From assembly GCA_963663385.2 (NCBI GenBank), contig CAXXXD010000002.1, forward strand, positions 1,376,001-1,440,000: a DNA stretch of 64,000 bases, written 5' to 3'. The position numbers and the translations under genes are program-made. The notes below the pieces were generated by a model that saw only the letters and a program-made list of their open reading frames with translations, searched no databases and was not told where the DNA came from. Within the stretch, counting starts at the first letter, position 1, and every line of letters begins with the position of its first letter. Positions 19,824-29,346 of this stretch are shown here, piece by piece. The DNA is from Oceanispirochaeta sp. (GTDB lineage: Bacteria; Spirochaetota; Spirochaetia; DSM-2461).

Positions 19824-20033
19824 GACCCCTCTCGATCTCCTCTGGTTGCATAGGCGAGTCGGCAGCATACTCGAGCAGTAAACGAAGTTTACGACCAGAG
19901 CAGGAAGCCTGCTTCCGACCAGCCCCTCATGGGGAGAGGTAGTCAAGTTTGTATTTTTCGAACCGTTATCAATCTCTACATAAGAGAGATCCAAGACATT
20001 TTCCCCTCATGAGGAGGGGATTAAGGGGAGGTC
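19824..20033. repeat. REP doublet with an inserted module in the first hairpin
   Basis: GACCCCTCTCGATCTCC...GGGGAGAGG (19824-19939) and CCCCTCATGAGGAGGGGATTAAGGGGAGGTC (20003-20033). Confidence 0.7.
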
Positions 20034-21228
20034 ACACCTTTGCTTCCCGCTCCACACCGTTCGCCGGGAAGAACTCTCTATCCGCCTTTTCTTCTGCCTG
20101 TTTGAGGACTTCTTTCATTCCTTCAATAGTTTTCCAGTCCTCCTGAGTCTGCTTCAGGTCGGGTTTTACTTCCGGATGAGCAGGCGAAAAGAGGGCACAG
20201 CAGTCGTCGAAGGGTTGAATCGAAGTTTCAAAGGCTCCGATCTTCCGGGATATAAGAATGGTTTCCTCCTTGTCCATTCCGATAAGGGGGCGAAAAACAG
20301 GCAGCTCTACAGAGCTGTTGGTATAGCAAAGGCTCTCCAGGGTCTGACTGGCCACCTGACTTAAGGCCTCTCCTGTTATAAGACAGAGATCATCCCGTTT
20401 CCTTGCAATAGACTGGGCTATCTTCATCATGGCCGCCCGTGAGTGCAGGGTGGTTGTCTCCGGTCTGACCGAACGGTTGATCAGCACCTGAACATCCGTA
20501 AAAGGCACAGTATAGAGTGTTATGCCGCAGCACCAGGGGGCGATAATCCGAGCCAGATCCCGTACCTTTTCCAGAGACTCGGGGCTGGTGTAGGGGGGCG
20601 TGTGGAAATAGACCGCATCCAGAGTCATCCCCCTTTTGGCCATCAGGTAACCGGCTACAGGAGAGTCGATCCCCCCCGACAGGAGGAGCATCCCTTTTCC
20701 GGCGCTGTGCACAGGGAGACCTCCCGCTCCCTTATGGGTATAACCGTAGACGTACCCCTTTTCCCGCAGCTCCACATGTACCACCCAGTCCGGGTTTTTC
20801 ACATCCACTTTTGTTTCGGGGAAAGCTTCCAGTATACGCCCTCCCAATTCGGCAGAGTAGCCGTAGTTGTCCATGGGCAGGCTCTTGTCCACCCGTCTTG
20901 TATTGACTTTAAATGTTATTCCATTACCGGCATCCAGATTCTGTTTTGCCACCAGAATGGCCTTTTCCGCCAGCTGTTCCAGCTCTTTGGCGCAGCTGTA
21001 GGAGCGGGTAAAACCGGTTATACCGAATACCTTGCTTAAACAGGATGTCACATATTCATCGCTTAACCCTTCCGTTTCCAGATAGAAACGGCCGGAGCGG
21101 ACGGTTACACGGGAGGGATGGGGCCGGAGAATCTTTTTTATATTATTTTTAAGCTGTCTTTCAAAGAGAGCCTTGTTGCCTTTTTTCAGGGCGATTTCCC
21201 CGATTTTGATCAGATATAATTCACTCAT
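20032..21228 (-). CDS. thiI: tRNA 4-thiouridine synthase (THUMP + PP-loop, no rhodanese domain)
   Basis: GEIALKKGN, LLSGGIDSPVA, QVASQT, RPLIGMDKEE and DCC motifs. Confidence 0.95.
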   Translation of the reverse strand: MSELYLIKIGEIALKKGNKALFERQLKNNIKKILRPHPSRVTVRSGRFYLETEGLSDEYVTSCLSKVFGITGFTRSYSCAKELEQLAEKAILVAKQNLDAGNGITFKVNTRRVDKSLPMDNYGYSAELGGRILEAFPETKVDVKNPDWVVHVELREKGYVYGYTHKGAGGLPVHSAGKGMLLLSGGIDSPVAGYLMAKRGMTLDAVYFHTPPYTSPESLEKVRDLARIIAPWCCGITLYTVPFTDVQVLINRSVRPETTTLHSRAAMMKIAQSIARKRDDLCLITGEALSQVASQTLESLCYTNSSVELPVFRPLIGMDKEETILISRKIGAFETSIQPFDDCCALFSPAHPEVKPDLKQTQEDWKTIEGMKEVLKQAEEKADREFFPANGVEREAKV

Positions 21229-21276
21229 GACTGCAATCCTATCAGAAAAATCAGCTTGGGTTAACCCTGAATGTAT

Positions 21277-22443
21277 TCAACTCCTGTAAACGGCCTGTCC
21301 CAGGGCGGCAGCCTGTTCCTTCAGGTTCGCCGTAAAGCTTTTTATCTCTTCCATGGTCGTCTCCGGCCCCTGTGAGACCCGGATGGAAGAGAAAGCCGTC
21401 TTCTGGTCCACTCCCATGGCTTCCAGGGCTCGGGTTCTGTTTTTTTTGTTGGCAGAGCAGGCTGATCCGGTGGAAATGGCAAATCCGGCCTCGTCCATAA
21501 CCCGTACCAGAACTTCACCCGGCAGAGGGGGAAGGGCAAGACTGAGTATCCAGGGCGAGTAGTGGTCCGGGTGTACAAGGCGGTCCTCCGGTATAATCCG
21601 GCAGTTTTTCATAGGGGAGAGTTCGGAAACCAGATAAGCCATCCTCTCCTTTGCTGCAATCAGGTTCTCCCTGATATTTTTATCACATTGTTCAAGGGCT
21701 TTGGTAAGGCTGGCCGCACCGGCCAGATTTTCCGTACCGGGGCGGATACCCATCTCCTGCCCGCCCCCTGTATAAAGGGGCTGTATTCTTTTCTTCAGGT
21801 AGAGCAGACCGATCCCCCGGGGACCCTGTATTTTATGGGCGCTGAAGGATGCTGAATCCAGATCCCACTCCTGCAGGTTAAAGGGAATCTTTCCGGCTGT
21901 CTGGACAAGATCTGAGTGGATATGGATGGCTCTGTCCATGCTCTTCTCCTGCTCCCTGATCAGGGCGATCAGCTCCTCCATAGGTTGAATCACACCTGTT
22001 TCGTTGTGAACAGCCATTATAATAACCATCTTTGTTTCTCTATCCAGCAGCTTTTTCAGTTTCTGCGGACTGATACGGCCGTCTGTGCCGGGGTTCAGTG
22101 CTTTTATTTCCCAGCCGTTGTTCTTCAATGCCTGAACCGGTTCCCAGAGAGAAGGGTGTTCCAGGCCGCTGATGATCAGCCGGCCTTTGTCTCTCCGTTT
22201 CAGGAGGGAGGTGACTACAAGGTTGTTGGATTCGGTTCCTCCGGAAGTAAAATAGAGCTGCTCCGCTGAACATTTCAGCAGGGTTGCACAGCGCATATGC
22301 AGTTTATGGAGCAGTTCTCCCGATTTGACACCTTCCCTGTGAAGAGAGGAGGGGTTGGCAAAGAACTCTTTTGACGTAGTCAAATATTCATCAAGCAGGC
22401 AGGGGGAGGGCGGTGTGGTCGAGGCCCAGTCAAGGTATATCAT
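21277..22443 (-). CDS. Cysteine desulfurase (IscS/NifS-like), partner of ThiI
   Basis: IYLDWASTT, FTSGGTESNN, SAHKIQGPRG, RPGTEN and STGSAC motifs. Start reassigned to the ATG at 22443. Confidence 0.9.
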   Translation of the reverse strand: MIYLDWASTTPPSPCLLDEYLTTSKEFFANPSSLHREGVKSGELLHKLHMRCATLLKCSAEQLYFTSGGTESNNLVVTSLLKRRDKGRLIISGLEHPSLWEPVQALKNNGWEIKALNPGTDGRISPQKLKKLLDRETKMVIIMAVHNETGVIQPMEELIALIREQEKSMDRAIHIHSDLVQTAGKIPFNLQEWDLDSASFSAHKIQGPRGIGLLYLKKRIQPLYTGGGQEMGIRPGTENLAGAASLTKALEQCDKNIRENLIAAKERMAYLVSELSPMKNCRIIPEDRLVHPDHYSPWILSLALPPLPGEVLVRVMDEAGFAISTGSACSANKKNRTRALEAMGVDQKTAFSSIRVSQGPETTMEEIKSFTANLKEQAAALGQAVYRS

Positions 22444-22543
22444 GACCCTAAGAATAACAGAAAGGAGGGGCATTTCGCAAGCTGGAAGGAAATGGTGTAT
22501 ATATTGATTGATTATATCCCAAGAGGATGATATTTTACTATAT

Positions 22544-22840
22544 ATGGAAAACAAATGTAATTGCCCTGAAGAAGTGGTCGATGATTATGCCAAAAAACTG
22601 AAAGTATGCGGACACCCGCTCCGTCTGAAGATGCTTTGCCTGATTGAAAGACAGGATTGTTGTGTTTCAGAGCTGTGGCAATGCCTTGATCAGCCTCAGC
22701 CTGTTATTTCCCAGCACCTGGCCGTCTTGAAAGACAAGGGGATTGTGGAGTCCCTGACGGAAGGGAATAAGAGGATCTACCGGATTGTTGATCCCTTTGT
22801 TAAGAATATAGTCGCCGGATTTGACGGTATAGTTGATTGA
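22544..22840 (+). CDS. ArsR/SmtB-family transcriptional regulator
   Basis: GHPLRLKML, QPVISQHLAVLK and G.KRIY motifs. Confidence 0.9.
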   Translation: MENKCNCPEEVVDDYAKKLKVCGHPLRLKMLCLIERQDCCVSELWQCLDQPQPVISQHLAVLKDKGIVESLTEGNKRIYRIVDPFVKNIVAGFDGIVD

Positions 22841-22862
22841 TTTTCTACTTCGAGAAATGAAG

Positions 22863-22900
22863 TAAAAAGCCGGACAGTTAAAACTGTACCGGCTTTTTTA
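22863..22900. terminator. Bidirectional intrinsic terminator
   Basis: TAAAAAGCCGGACAG...CTGTACCGGCTTTTTTA between convergent genes. Confidence 0.8.
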
Positions 22901-22920
22901 TTGCATGCCCGCTGCTTAAA

Positions 22921-24411
22921 TTATTGAGAAGCAGGTGTTGGGTAGTTTGTCGGCCTGTCGGCAATTTCGTTCATGTAGTTCACCAGAATAACCGCGGTTG
23001 TAATGGTAGTGGCAATAACCGCCAGATCTCCGCCGTATTTTCCTATCCAGTACATGGGGTTGTTCCGGGGGGCATAGATGACATCCTCCGGCTGCAAAAT
23101 TCGCTCGTCCTGCTTGTATTTATTGCCGTATACATCATAAATCCTGACCTTGCGGCCGATATGGTTGTCGTAGTTGAATCCCCCTGCCAGATTAACATAG
23201 TACTCCCAGTTTTTATTGACAATATAGGGATAGGAGCCGGGACTCAGAACCTGTCCGGATACAAATACATAGTACTGCCGGAAAGGAACGACGATGATAT
23301 CCCTGTCTTCCAGAACAATATCGTAGGAGGTATCCCCGCTCAGCAGAATCTCCTGAATATTGGCCGGGATGTTATCCCCGTTGGACCGGATAATATAGGC
23401 GTTTTCCAGATCAGAAACCTTTGTAAACTGGCTCTCCATCTTGCGGGCGACGGAAGAGAGCTTTTCCCCCTCAGTAATGGTTACATCCACCTTGGAGGAT
23501 ACCGAAGTCCCTTCATTTGTAGTGCCTACGGCACCCTGGAGGTATACAACAGGAAGAAACGCCGATTTGGTGGAAACTGTTACCGTATCCATATCCATGA
23601 GTTCCATAGTGGCGTCAGTTTTTTCCATATCAATATAGAAGGTGCTGCCCTCGTTGTTGCTGGCATTGAAGGGGCGTTTGATCTCCACATGCTGCTTTTC
23701 CGCAGTCTGCGTAAAACCGCCCCCCTGAAAGGAGATAACATCCTGAAGGGTTTCTCCCTCTGTCAGCTGGTAGGTGCCGGGACGGCGCACCTGGCCGCTC
23801 AGGGTAACCTGTCTGTCATAGGGGTAGAGGATGACTGTGTCCCCATAGGAGAGGTAGGGGTCCTGGCTCATATTTCCGGTACGGGTTGCTTTAAAAAGAT
23901 CCACGAACCGGGTCTCTCCATCTGCTGAAACAATCTCTACCTTTCTGGTTGTGGTATAGGAGGTTTTTACAGAGGCTATCAGGGTGCTGAGGCGTTCAAA
24001 ACTCCAGGCATCCAGTTCCTGAGCGCTCGTCACTTCCCCCTTGATCAGGACGTTAAAGATTCCTGCGCTGCTTATGGTCAATACGGGTACGCTTCCCGGG
24101 TAGATCTCCTGATAGAGCTTCTCCACCTCGCTCTTGAATTCGGAGTATTTCATTCCCGCGGCATTGATCCGTCTTAAGCCGGGAATCTGCGCCATATAGT
24201 AGCTGTCTACGATAATGGACAGGCTGCTGGTTTCGTCATCCTGGATGTAGGTCAGGGTATAGGTATCCCCCGGAGTAACCGGATAGTTCGGGTTAACAGC
24301 GGCAAATGCCGCTCTTTCACCGGCCGTGCCGGAGAGGCTCCAGCAGAAGGCCGGCAGAAAGCACAGCAGCAGAGCCAGAAATACCTTATTCATTGTTTGT
24401 GTATTGCTCAT
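22921..24411 (-). CDS. Polysaccharide export protein with SLBB repeats (Wza-like)
   Basis: Signal peptide; YPVTPGD; repeated V.GQV..PG.Y SLBB motifs. Confidence 0.85.
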   Translation of the reverse strand: MSNTQTMNKVFLALLLCFLPAFCWSLSGTAGERAAFAAVNPNYPVTPGDTYTLTYIQDDETSSLSIIVDSYYMAQIPGLRRINAAGMKYSEFKSEVEKLYQEIYPGSVPVLTISSAGIFNVLIKGEVTSAQELDAWSFERLSTLIASVKTSYTTTRKVEIVSADGETRFVDLFKATRTGNMSQDPYLSYGDTVILYPYDRQVTLSGQVRRPGTYQLTEGETLQDVISFQGGGFTQTAEKQHVEIKRPFNASNNEGSTFYIDMEKTDATMELMDMDTVTVSTKSAFLPVVYLQGAVGTTNEGTSVSSKVDVTITEGEKLSSVARKMESQFTKVSDLENAYIIRSNGDNIPANIQEILLSGDTSYDIVLEDRDIIVVPFRQYYVFVSGQVLSPGSYPYIVNKNWEYYVNLAGGFNYDNHIGRKVRIYDVYGNKYKQDERILQPEDVIYAPRNNPMYWIGKYGGDLAVIATTITTAVILVNYMNEIADRPTNYPTPASQ

Positions 24412-24417
24412 TGGATT

Positions 24418-25668
24418 TCAGACTTCTCCCTTTAGTTTCTTCATCCTCTCGGGATCGTTTTTCAGGTTCTGCCAGAATTCCAGCAGGAACGCTCCGAAGA
24501 GGCTAAGGAAAAATCCGGCCATCGTTACGATTACACAGAGTTTTCCCCGGCCGGGACCGGACTTTATCTCCGGAACCTCCGCCTTTTCCAGTAGCTGGAA
24601 GGTGGGACCTGTTCCCTTGTCGGTCAGTTTGGTCACTTCATACTGCTCCAGAAGCCCCTTATAGATGGCTACCTGAATTTCAACGCTCCGTTTCAGTTTC
24701 TGCTCTTCTATCAGCAGATCGGGCATCCCGTTGAGGGGGGGGAGATTGTAATCCCCCTGTTCCTCCAGGGTTTTCAGAGCCAGTTCCAGCCCCTTCTTCT
24801 CCCGTTTTTTTTCCAGTATCTTGGGGTTGACAATGCCCGACTGATTTTCCATAGCTTCAATTTCCGCATCGATAGTGATCATCTGGGACTTCAGTTCCAT
24901 GGTCGCCGAAGTGATTTCCGTAATCAGGGTTTCCATGTCGATAATTTTATTCCGGCTAAGGAAGGCAAGGTAATCCGCCTGGAGGGTATCGATCTCCATC
25001 TGCACATCCTGCAGCTTCGTTTCCAGGAGTCCTTTCTGGCTCTGATTGGAAACCTGATCGATTTTAAGAAATTCAGCATCAAGGAGATTTACCATCCGGT
25101 TGGCTATTCTGGTAGCCAGTTCGGGGTCGATATCCTCGTAACCAATAGTCATGGTTCCTGTTGTATCATCAGCTTCAAGTCTGAGCTTATCCCGGATAAT
25201 CCGTCTTAAATCCGTTTTTGGGAATTTGGACTCGGATGTGTCATAAACCAGATCCAGTTGAAATTCCTCTGCCAGAATATCTATAAAGGTATTGCTGGTA
25301 GCCAGTTTTTCCGCCAGGGCGCTGTTGCTGCTGCCGCCGCCGGAAACCCCCGCCAGAGCGGCCAGGCTGCCCAGTCCGGATGAGTCAAGCATGGAAGAGA
25401 GGCCGCCTCCGGAACTGCTGTCATTAATCTTTACAGTCGAATAGGATTTATACAGATTGGGTAGGTAGCTTTTTTCCGGAGGGAGTTTAAGGGAAATAAC
25501 AGAATAGACCAGAACAAAAACAGCGGCTAACACGGTGATGCCGATAATCAGTCTTCTGTGTTTGAAAAGAACGCCTATCAGATCCAGCAGGTCAATTTCC
25601 TCTTCGTTTATTGAAGTTTCCGGTGAAATTCCGTGACCGGAGGTCTGGGGATAATTTTCTTGATTCAT
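24418..25668 (-). CDS. Polysaccharide chain-length determinant (Wzz/Wzc-N-like)
   Basis: EEIDLLDL N-terminus, two TM segments, coiled coil, AEVPEIKSGP. Confidence 0.85.
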   Translation of the reverse strand: MNQENYPQTSGHGISPETSINEEEIDLLDLIGVLFKHRRLIIGITVLAAVFVLVYSVISLKLPPEKSYLPNLYKSYSTVKINDSSSGGGLSSMLDSSGLGSLAALAGVSGGGSSNSALAEKLATSNTFIDILAEEFQLDLVYDTSESKFPKTDLRRIIRDKLRLEADDTTGTMTIGYEDIDPELATRIANRMVNLLDAEFLKIDQVSNQSQKGLLETKLQDVQMEIDTLQADYLAFLSRNKIIDMETLITEITSATMELKSQMITIDAEIEAMENQSGIVNPKILEKKREKKGLELALKTLEEQGDYNLPPLNGMPDLLIEEQKLKRSVEIQVAIYKGLLEQYEVTKLTDKGTGPTFQLLEKAEVPEIKSGPGRGKLCVIVTMAGFFLSLFGAFLLEFWQNLKNDPERMKKLKGEV

Positions 25669-25715
25669 AATGCCTCAGATAGTACGGGATTTTGCAAATT
25701 CTGTAAAGTTCTTCC

Positions 25716-26816
25716 TTATCCCTGGTTATCATCCCGGTGGTGTCGGTAGTGAAGGTAAAGGAAAAAGACCAGAACCAGTATCAGGGATGTCAGGATAGGC
25801 AGGAACCTCAGGATACCGGGGATGAATTCAAAAAGAAAAATACTGAAACCGGAAAACACCAGAATCCCAATAATTACAGAGAGAATCTGTCTCTCGTCAA
25901 GTCCCATATCCAGCAGCTTATGGTGCATATGGGCCCTGTCGGGGGTGAAGAAGTGGAGCCCTTGCCGTTTGCGCCGGATCATGGCGGCAAAAACATCCGC
26001 AATGGGAATGGCCAGCATGGTAACGGGCATAACAAGGGATGTCCCGCTATGGGGGGAGGCCAGCAGGGGCAGTAGGGCCAGCAGGAAACCCAGGGTCAGG
26101 CTGCCCGAATCGCCCATGAAAATCCGTGCCGGAGGAAAATTGAAAAAGAGGTAGCCGAACACGGAACCCAGCAGGGTGAAACAGATAATGGAGAGCATAT
26201 ACTGCCCGTTCAGCATGAAAACTATGGCATAGACAAAAGTCGCCATTCCGGCGATACCGGCGGATAAACCGTCCATCCCGTCAATCAGGTTTACCGCATT
26301 GGTAACGCCTACCAGCCAGAATATTGTAAGGACAGGGCCAAAATACCCCAGCTGTATTACCATATCCGTAAAAGGAACGGCAAGGGCACGGATCCCCACC
26401 CCTCCGGCCATCACCAGCAGGGCGACAGCTATCTGACCGTAGAGCTTAATACGGGCTCTTAAATCGGCAAAATCATCCAGGATCCCTATAATAAAAATCA
26501 GAAGGGAACCGGCCAGGATAAGAAGCGCATTGTGATCTTTCCCGATGGAGAAACAGATGCTTGAGTTGAGCAGTTTGGCTGTCCCCAGGGAGCTTATTAC
26601 GGTAGCGATAACCAGAGAGAGGACTATTCCGATCCCTCCCAGTCGGGAGATCTGTCCTGTATGGATTTTTCTCTCGTCGGATGCATCGTCAAACCAGTTT
26701 TTTTTATGGGAAAGGAGTATTAGAAAGGGGATAAGAAACAAATTGATGACAAATGCCAGTGTAGTTGCTGTAAATGCCAAAAGTAAACTGTTTGCTTCCA
26801 TGAAATCCCCATCCAA
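25716..26816 (-). CDS. WecA/TagO-like undecaprenyl-phosphate GlcNAc-1-P transferase (MraY family)
   Basis: RKIH...RLGG, GILDD, NAVNLIDGMDGL, NFPPARIFMGDSG and DRAHMHH motifs. Confidence 0.9.
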   Translation of the reverse strand: MDGDFMEANSLLLAFTATTLAFVINLFLIPFLILLSHKKNWFDDASDERKIHTGQISRLGGIGIVLSLVIATVISSLGTAKLLNSSICFSIGKDHNALLILAGSLLIFIIGILDDFADLRARIKLYGQIAVALLVMAGGVGIRALAVPFTDMVIQLGYFGPVLTIFWLVGVTNAVNLIDGMDGLSAGIAGMATFVYAIVFMLNGQYMLSIICFTLLGSVFGYLFFNFPPARIFMGDSGSLTLGFLLALLPLLASPHSGTSLVMPVTMLAIPIADVFAAMIRRKRQGLHFFTPDRAHMHHKLLDMGLDERQILSVIIGILVFSGFSIFLFEFIPGILRFLPILTSLILVLVFFLYLHYRHHRDDNQG

Positions 26817-26900
26817 TCTTCAAAATAAAAAACAGGATTCATAATACATCAGCTGATACAACTTGTCCATAAGCGTTTCTTTTAATATATTTTCCAGTAT

Positions 26901-27668
26901 ATGAACAAAAATAGAATCAGCATCTTTTTCCTTAAAGTCTTTTTATTGTTTCTTTGTCCTTTTTCCCTGTTTGCCAAAAAACCGAAACCACCGGAATGGG
27001 ACGGTGCCAACTATCTGGAAAGGGAATTGAATTATGTGGAAAGGCCTGAGCTCTCCCTTCTTCCCGATTTCGAGCTGTCCCGTCAAATACGGGAAAATCT
27101 GGTTGACTTTGATCCGTCCGGCACTGTGGAGATCCTTTACCGCATGCCGAAGCTGGAGACTCATGAGGATAATCAGATGCTCTATATTCTTAACAGGATG
27201 AGTCGAATCAGTACTATGGAAGGGATCGAATACTATTCCGGCAGCCGGAAAATGATGTATCCCTACCTGGAGGAAGCTTTTGTGGCGGAGATGAGGAAGA
27301 GTGAAACAGCTGTGGATGATCCTCATTTCGATACTCTTCCCCGGGAACCCCGGAAGATTACGGTGTATCAGAATGATACTACCTTCGGAAAAGCCTGGTA
27401 CGATGTTTATCTGGAGACTACCGGTTCGGCCATTCGCCTTTCCATGACCAATACGACTACCATGCGCTATAAAATGTTTCCTGTGATGCGTGCCGAGCGG
27501 CTGCATATTGAAATGATTATAATTCCCCGGGAGGATGATCTGCTGTTTTACGGGCTGGCATCCTTTAAGCTGGGGAATACCTTCGGGATTGAGCTTAAGC
27601 TGGATGAATCCTTTGATCACAGGATGAGTGCTTTACAGGTCTGGTTCAACAACCAGGTGTATCCGTAA
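26901..27668 (+). CDS. Exported hypothetical protein (DUF6675-like)
   Basis: Signal peptide; ISTMEGIEYYSGSR and Q.DTTFG pattern recalled from spirochaete proteins. Confidence 0.6.
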   Translation: MNKNRISIFFLKVFLLFLCPFSLFAKKPKPPEWDGANYLERELNYVERPELSLLPDFELSRQIRENLVDFDPSGTVEILYRMPKLETHEDNQMLYILNRMSRISTMEGIEYYSGSRKMMYPYLEEAFVAEMRKSETAVDDPHFDTLPREPRKITVYQNDTTFGKAWYDVYLETTGSAIRLSMTNTTTMRYKMFPVMRAERLHIEMIIIPREDDLLFYGLASFKLGNTFGIELKLDESFDHRMSALQVWFNNQVYP

Positions 27669-27735
27669 GCTGTCTTTTGCCAAATTACTGCGTTAGCTTC
27701 CTGCACTGTCTGCTCATGTAGCTCCGCTACACTCC

Positions 27736-27914
27736 ACGAAGTTTACGACCAGAGCAGGAAGCTTGCTTCCGACCAGCCCCTCAAGGGGAGAAGTCATTTA
27801 TATGACTCCCCTCCTGAGGAGGGGCAGGGGGAGGTCCGGTAGAAGTCGCGGGTAGACTGTATCCCTTCACGGATCCCCGATCGTGGCTGGGGGTGGAGGG
27901 GATGGGGGAGGTTC
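27736..27914. repeat. Cluster of REP-like units plus the 56-bp module shared with 19882-19937
   Basis: Module at 27736-27791; CTCCCCTCCTGAGGAGGGGCAGGGGGAGGTCC at 27806-27837; GGAGGGGATGGGGGAGGTTC ending at 27914. Confidence 0.8.
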
Positions 27915-29214
27915 AATACGAAAGGGAACTGGAAATAATTATCTCGTATTTGCCGAAGTCGCTGAAGGATTTGTCGCTGGAGAGGTCTACAGCGATGGTA
28001 CCCCGGGCATGGAGGCTGTTCAGTTTATCCAGATAGAGAATGAAGTCTGCCCCGGTACCGTAGCGGAAGTCCTTGTCCCAGTCGAAAGGGATATCCTCCC
28101 GTTTAACGACACCCATATCAAAGAAGGGCTGGCATTGGGCTTCTCCCACGCCTTCCCACTGGATTACACCTATAGTCATATCGTGGCTCATAAAGGCTCC
28201 GCTTACACCATACATGGTTTTGTCTTCAACACCGCGGATCTGTCCTCCCAGTCCGGATATTTCATCATTGAAACTGAATATGGTATAGGCTCTGTTCGTA
28301 TAGTTCAGCCTCTTATGCAGTACCTTGTAATAACAGCTGTCCAGGCTGACGGTAAATTTCATTTTATCGTCCTCTTCGGGGCGGTAAATGTAGGAAATAC
28401 TGTTTTTGGCCGTAAGGTTATAACCGTCCCGGAAGTTCTTCTTCCAGTCTACATCGTCGTAGCCGCCGCTATGGGAAAAGGAGGCGTAGTAGGGTTCTTT
28501 TTCGTAATTGAACCCTGAATATCCATAGTTCAATCCGATGGAGGGGCTGATTCTATAGAAGTAATCATTGCCAAGATCGTATTTAGTGGAAACCGAGAAG
28601 TCGCTGTTATAGTAATTCATCTCTTCAATGACTTCATCATCAGCGTCTTCTTTACTGGTTTCCTTGTACTGCTGCATGAAACCGAAATCGTATTCCTTGT
28701 TTCCAATCTTTACATTATTCAGCTGGGGATTGAAGGTCCAGTTACCGGTTTTAAGATCGCCATCTTCCATTCTCAGGTCCAGATTCATGCCAAGGTAGAA
28801 ATTATTCAGGGAACCGAAAGCGTTATCATAGAAAAACTTCATCCCCACCCGGAATCCCGTATTGGAGTCGTACTTGGGGTAGGGGAAGGGGATAATCGTC
28901 CATGTGTCTTCCAGGTTGATCCGGACCAGGTAACGGTGAGTATCCTCTTCTACCGAGATCTCTTCCTGTGTCATTTCAACTGAGTTGAAAACCCTCAGGT
29001 TGATCAACTCCTGCCGCTGGTCAGCCACTGCAGCGTTCAGTTCTTCCTGGCTGTAGAATACAGCCCCCTCTTTCAGGTCCATTTCATTAAGGAGTGCCCA
29101 CTTCTTAGTGGCTCCGTCGACACTTATTTCAAACTGGTCAATGATATGCTGTTCTTCAGCTGCCAGAGTCACTGTTGTTAAAACTGCTAGTATTTTAAGA
29201 AGTTTTTTTTTCAT
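27913..29214 (-). CDS. Omp85/TamA-like outer-membrane protein (one POTRA domain plus beta-barrel)
   Basis: Signal peptide; G.TK...L...L.NLRVF POTRA-like motif; DTWTIIPFPYPKY; IRGV motif; aromatic C-terminal residue. Confidence 0.7.
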   Translation of the reverse strand: MKKKLLKILAVLTTVTLAAEEQHIIDQFEISVDGATKKWALLNEMDLKEGAVFYSQEELNAAVADQRQELINLRVFNSVEMTQEEISVEEDTHRYLVRINLEDTWTIIPFPYPKYDSNTGFRVGMKFFYDNAFGSLNNFYLGMNLDLRMEDGDLKTGNWTFNPQLNNVKIGNKEYDFGFMQQYKETSKEDADDEVIEEMNYYNSDFSVSTKYDLGNDYFYRISPSIGLNYGYSGFNYEKEPYYASFSHSGGYDDVDWKKNFRDGYNLTAKNSISYIYRPEEDDKMKFTVSLDSCYYKVLHKRLNYTNRAYTIFSFNDEISGLGGQIRGVEDKTMYGVSGAFMSHDMTIGVIQWEGVGEAQCQPFFDMGVVKREDIPFDWDKDFRYGTGADFILYLDKLNSLHARGTIAVDLSSDKSFSDFGKYEIIISSSLSY

Positions 29215-29346
29215 AGCCACACAGTAGCATGCCCTTTTTCTTTTCTCAAGTCAAAACAGGGGGGCGTTCAAGATTGTTAAGATTCTAAAAAAGGGTAGGG
29301 AAGGTGTCTCTTTACTATCTAACTTCAAGCCCGGTATAATCAGGAT

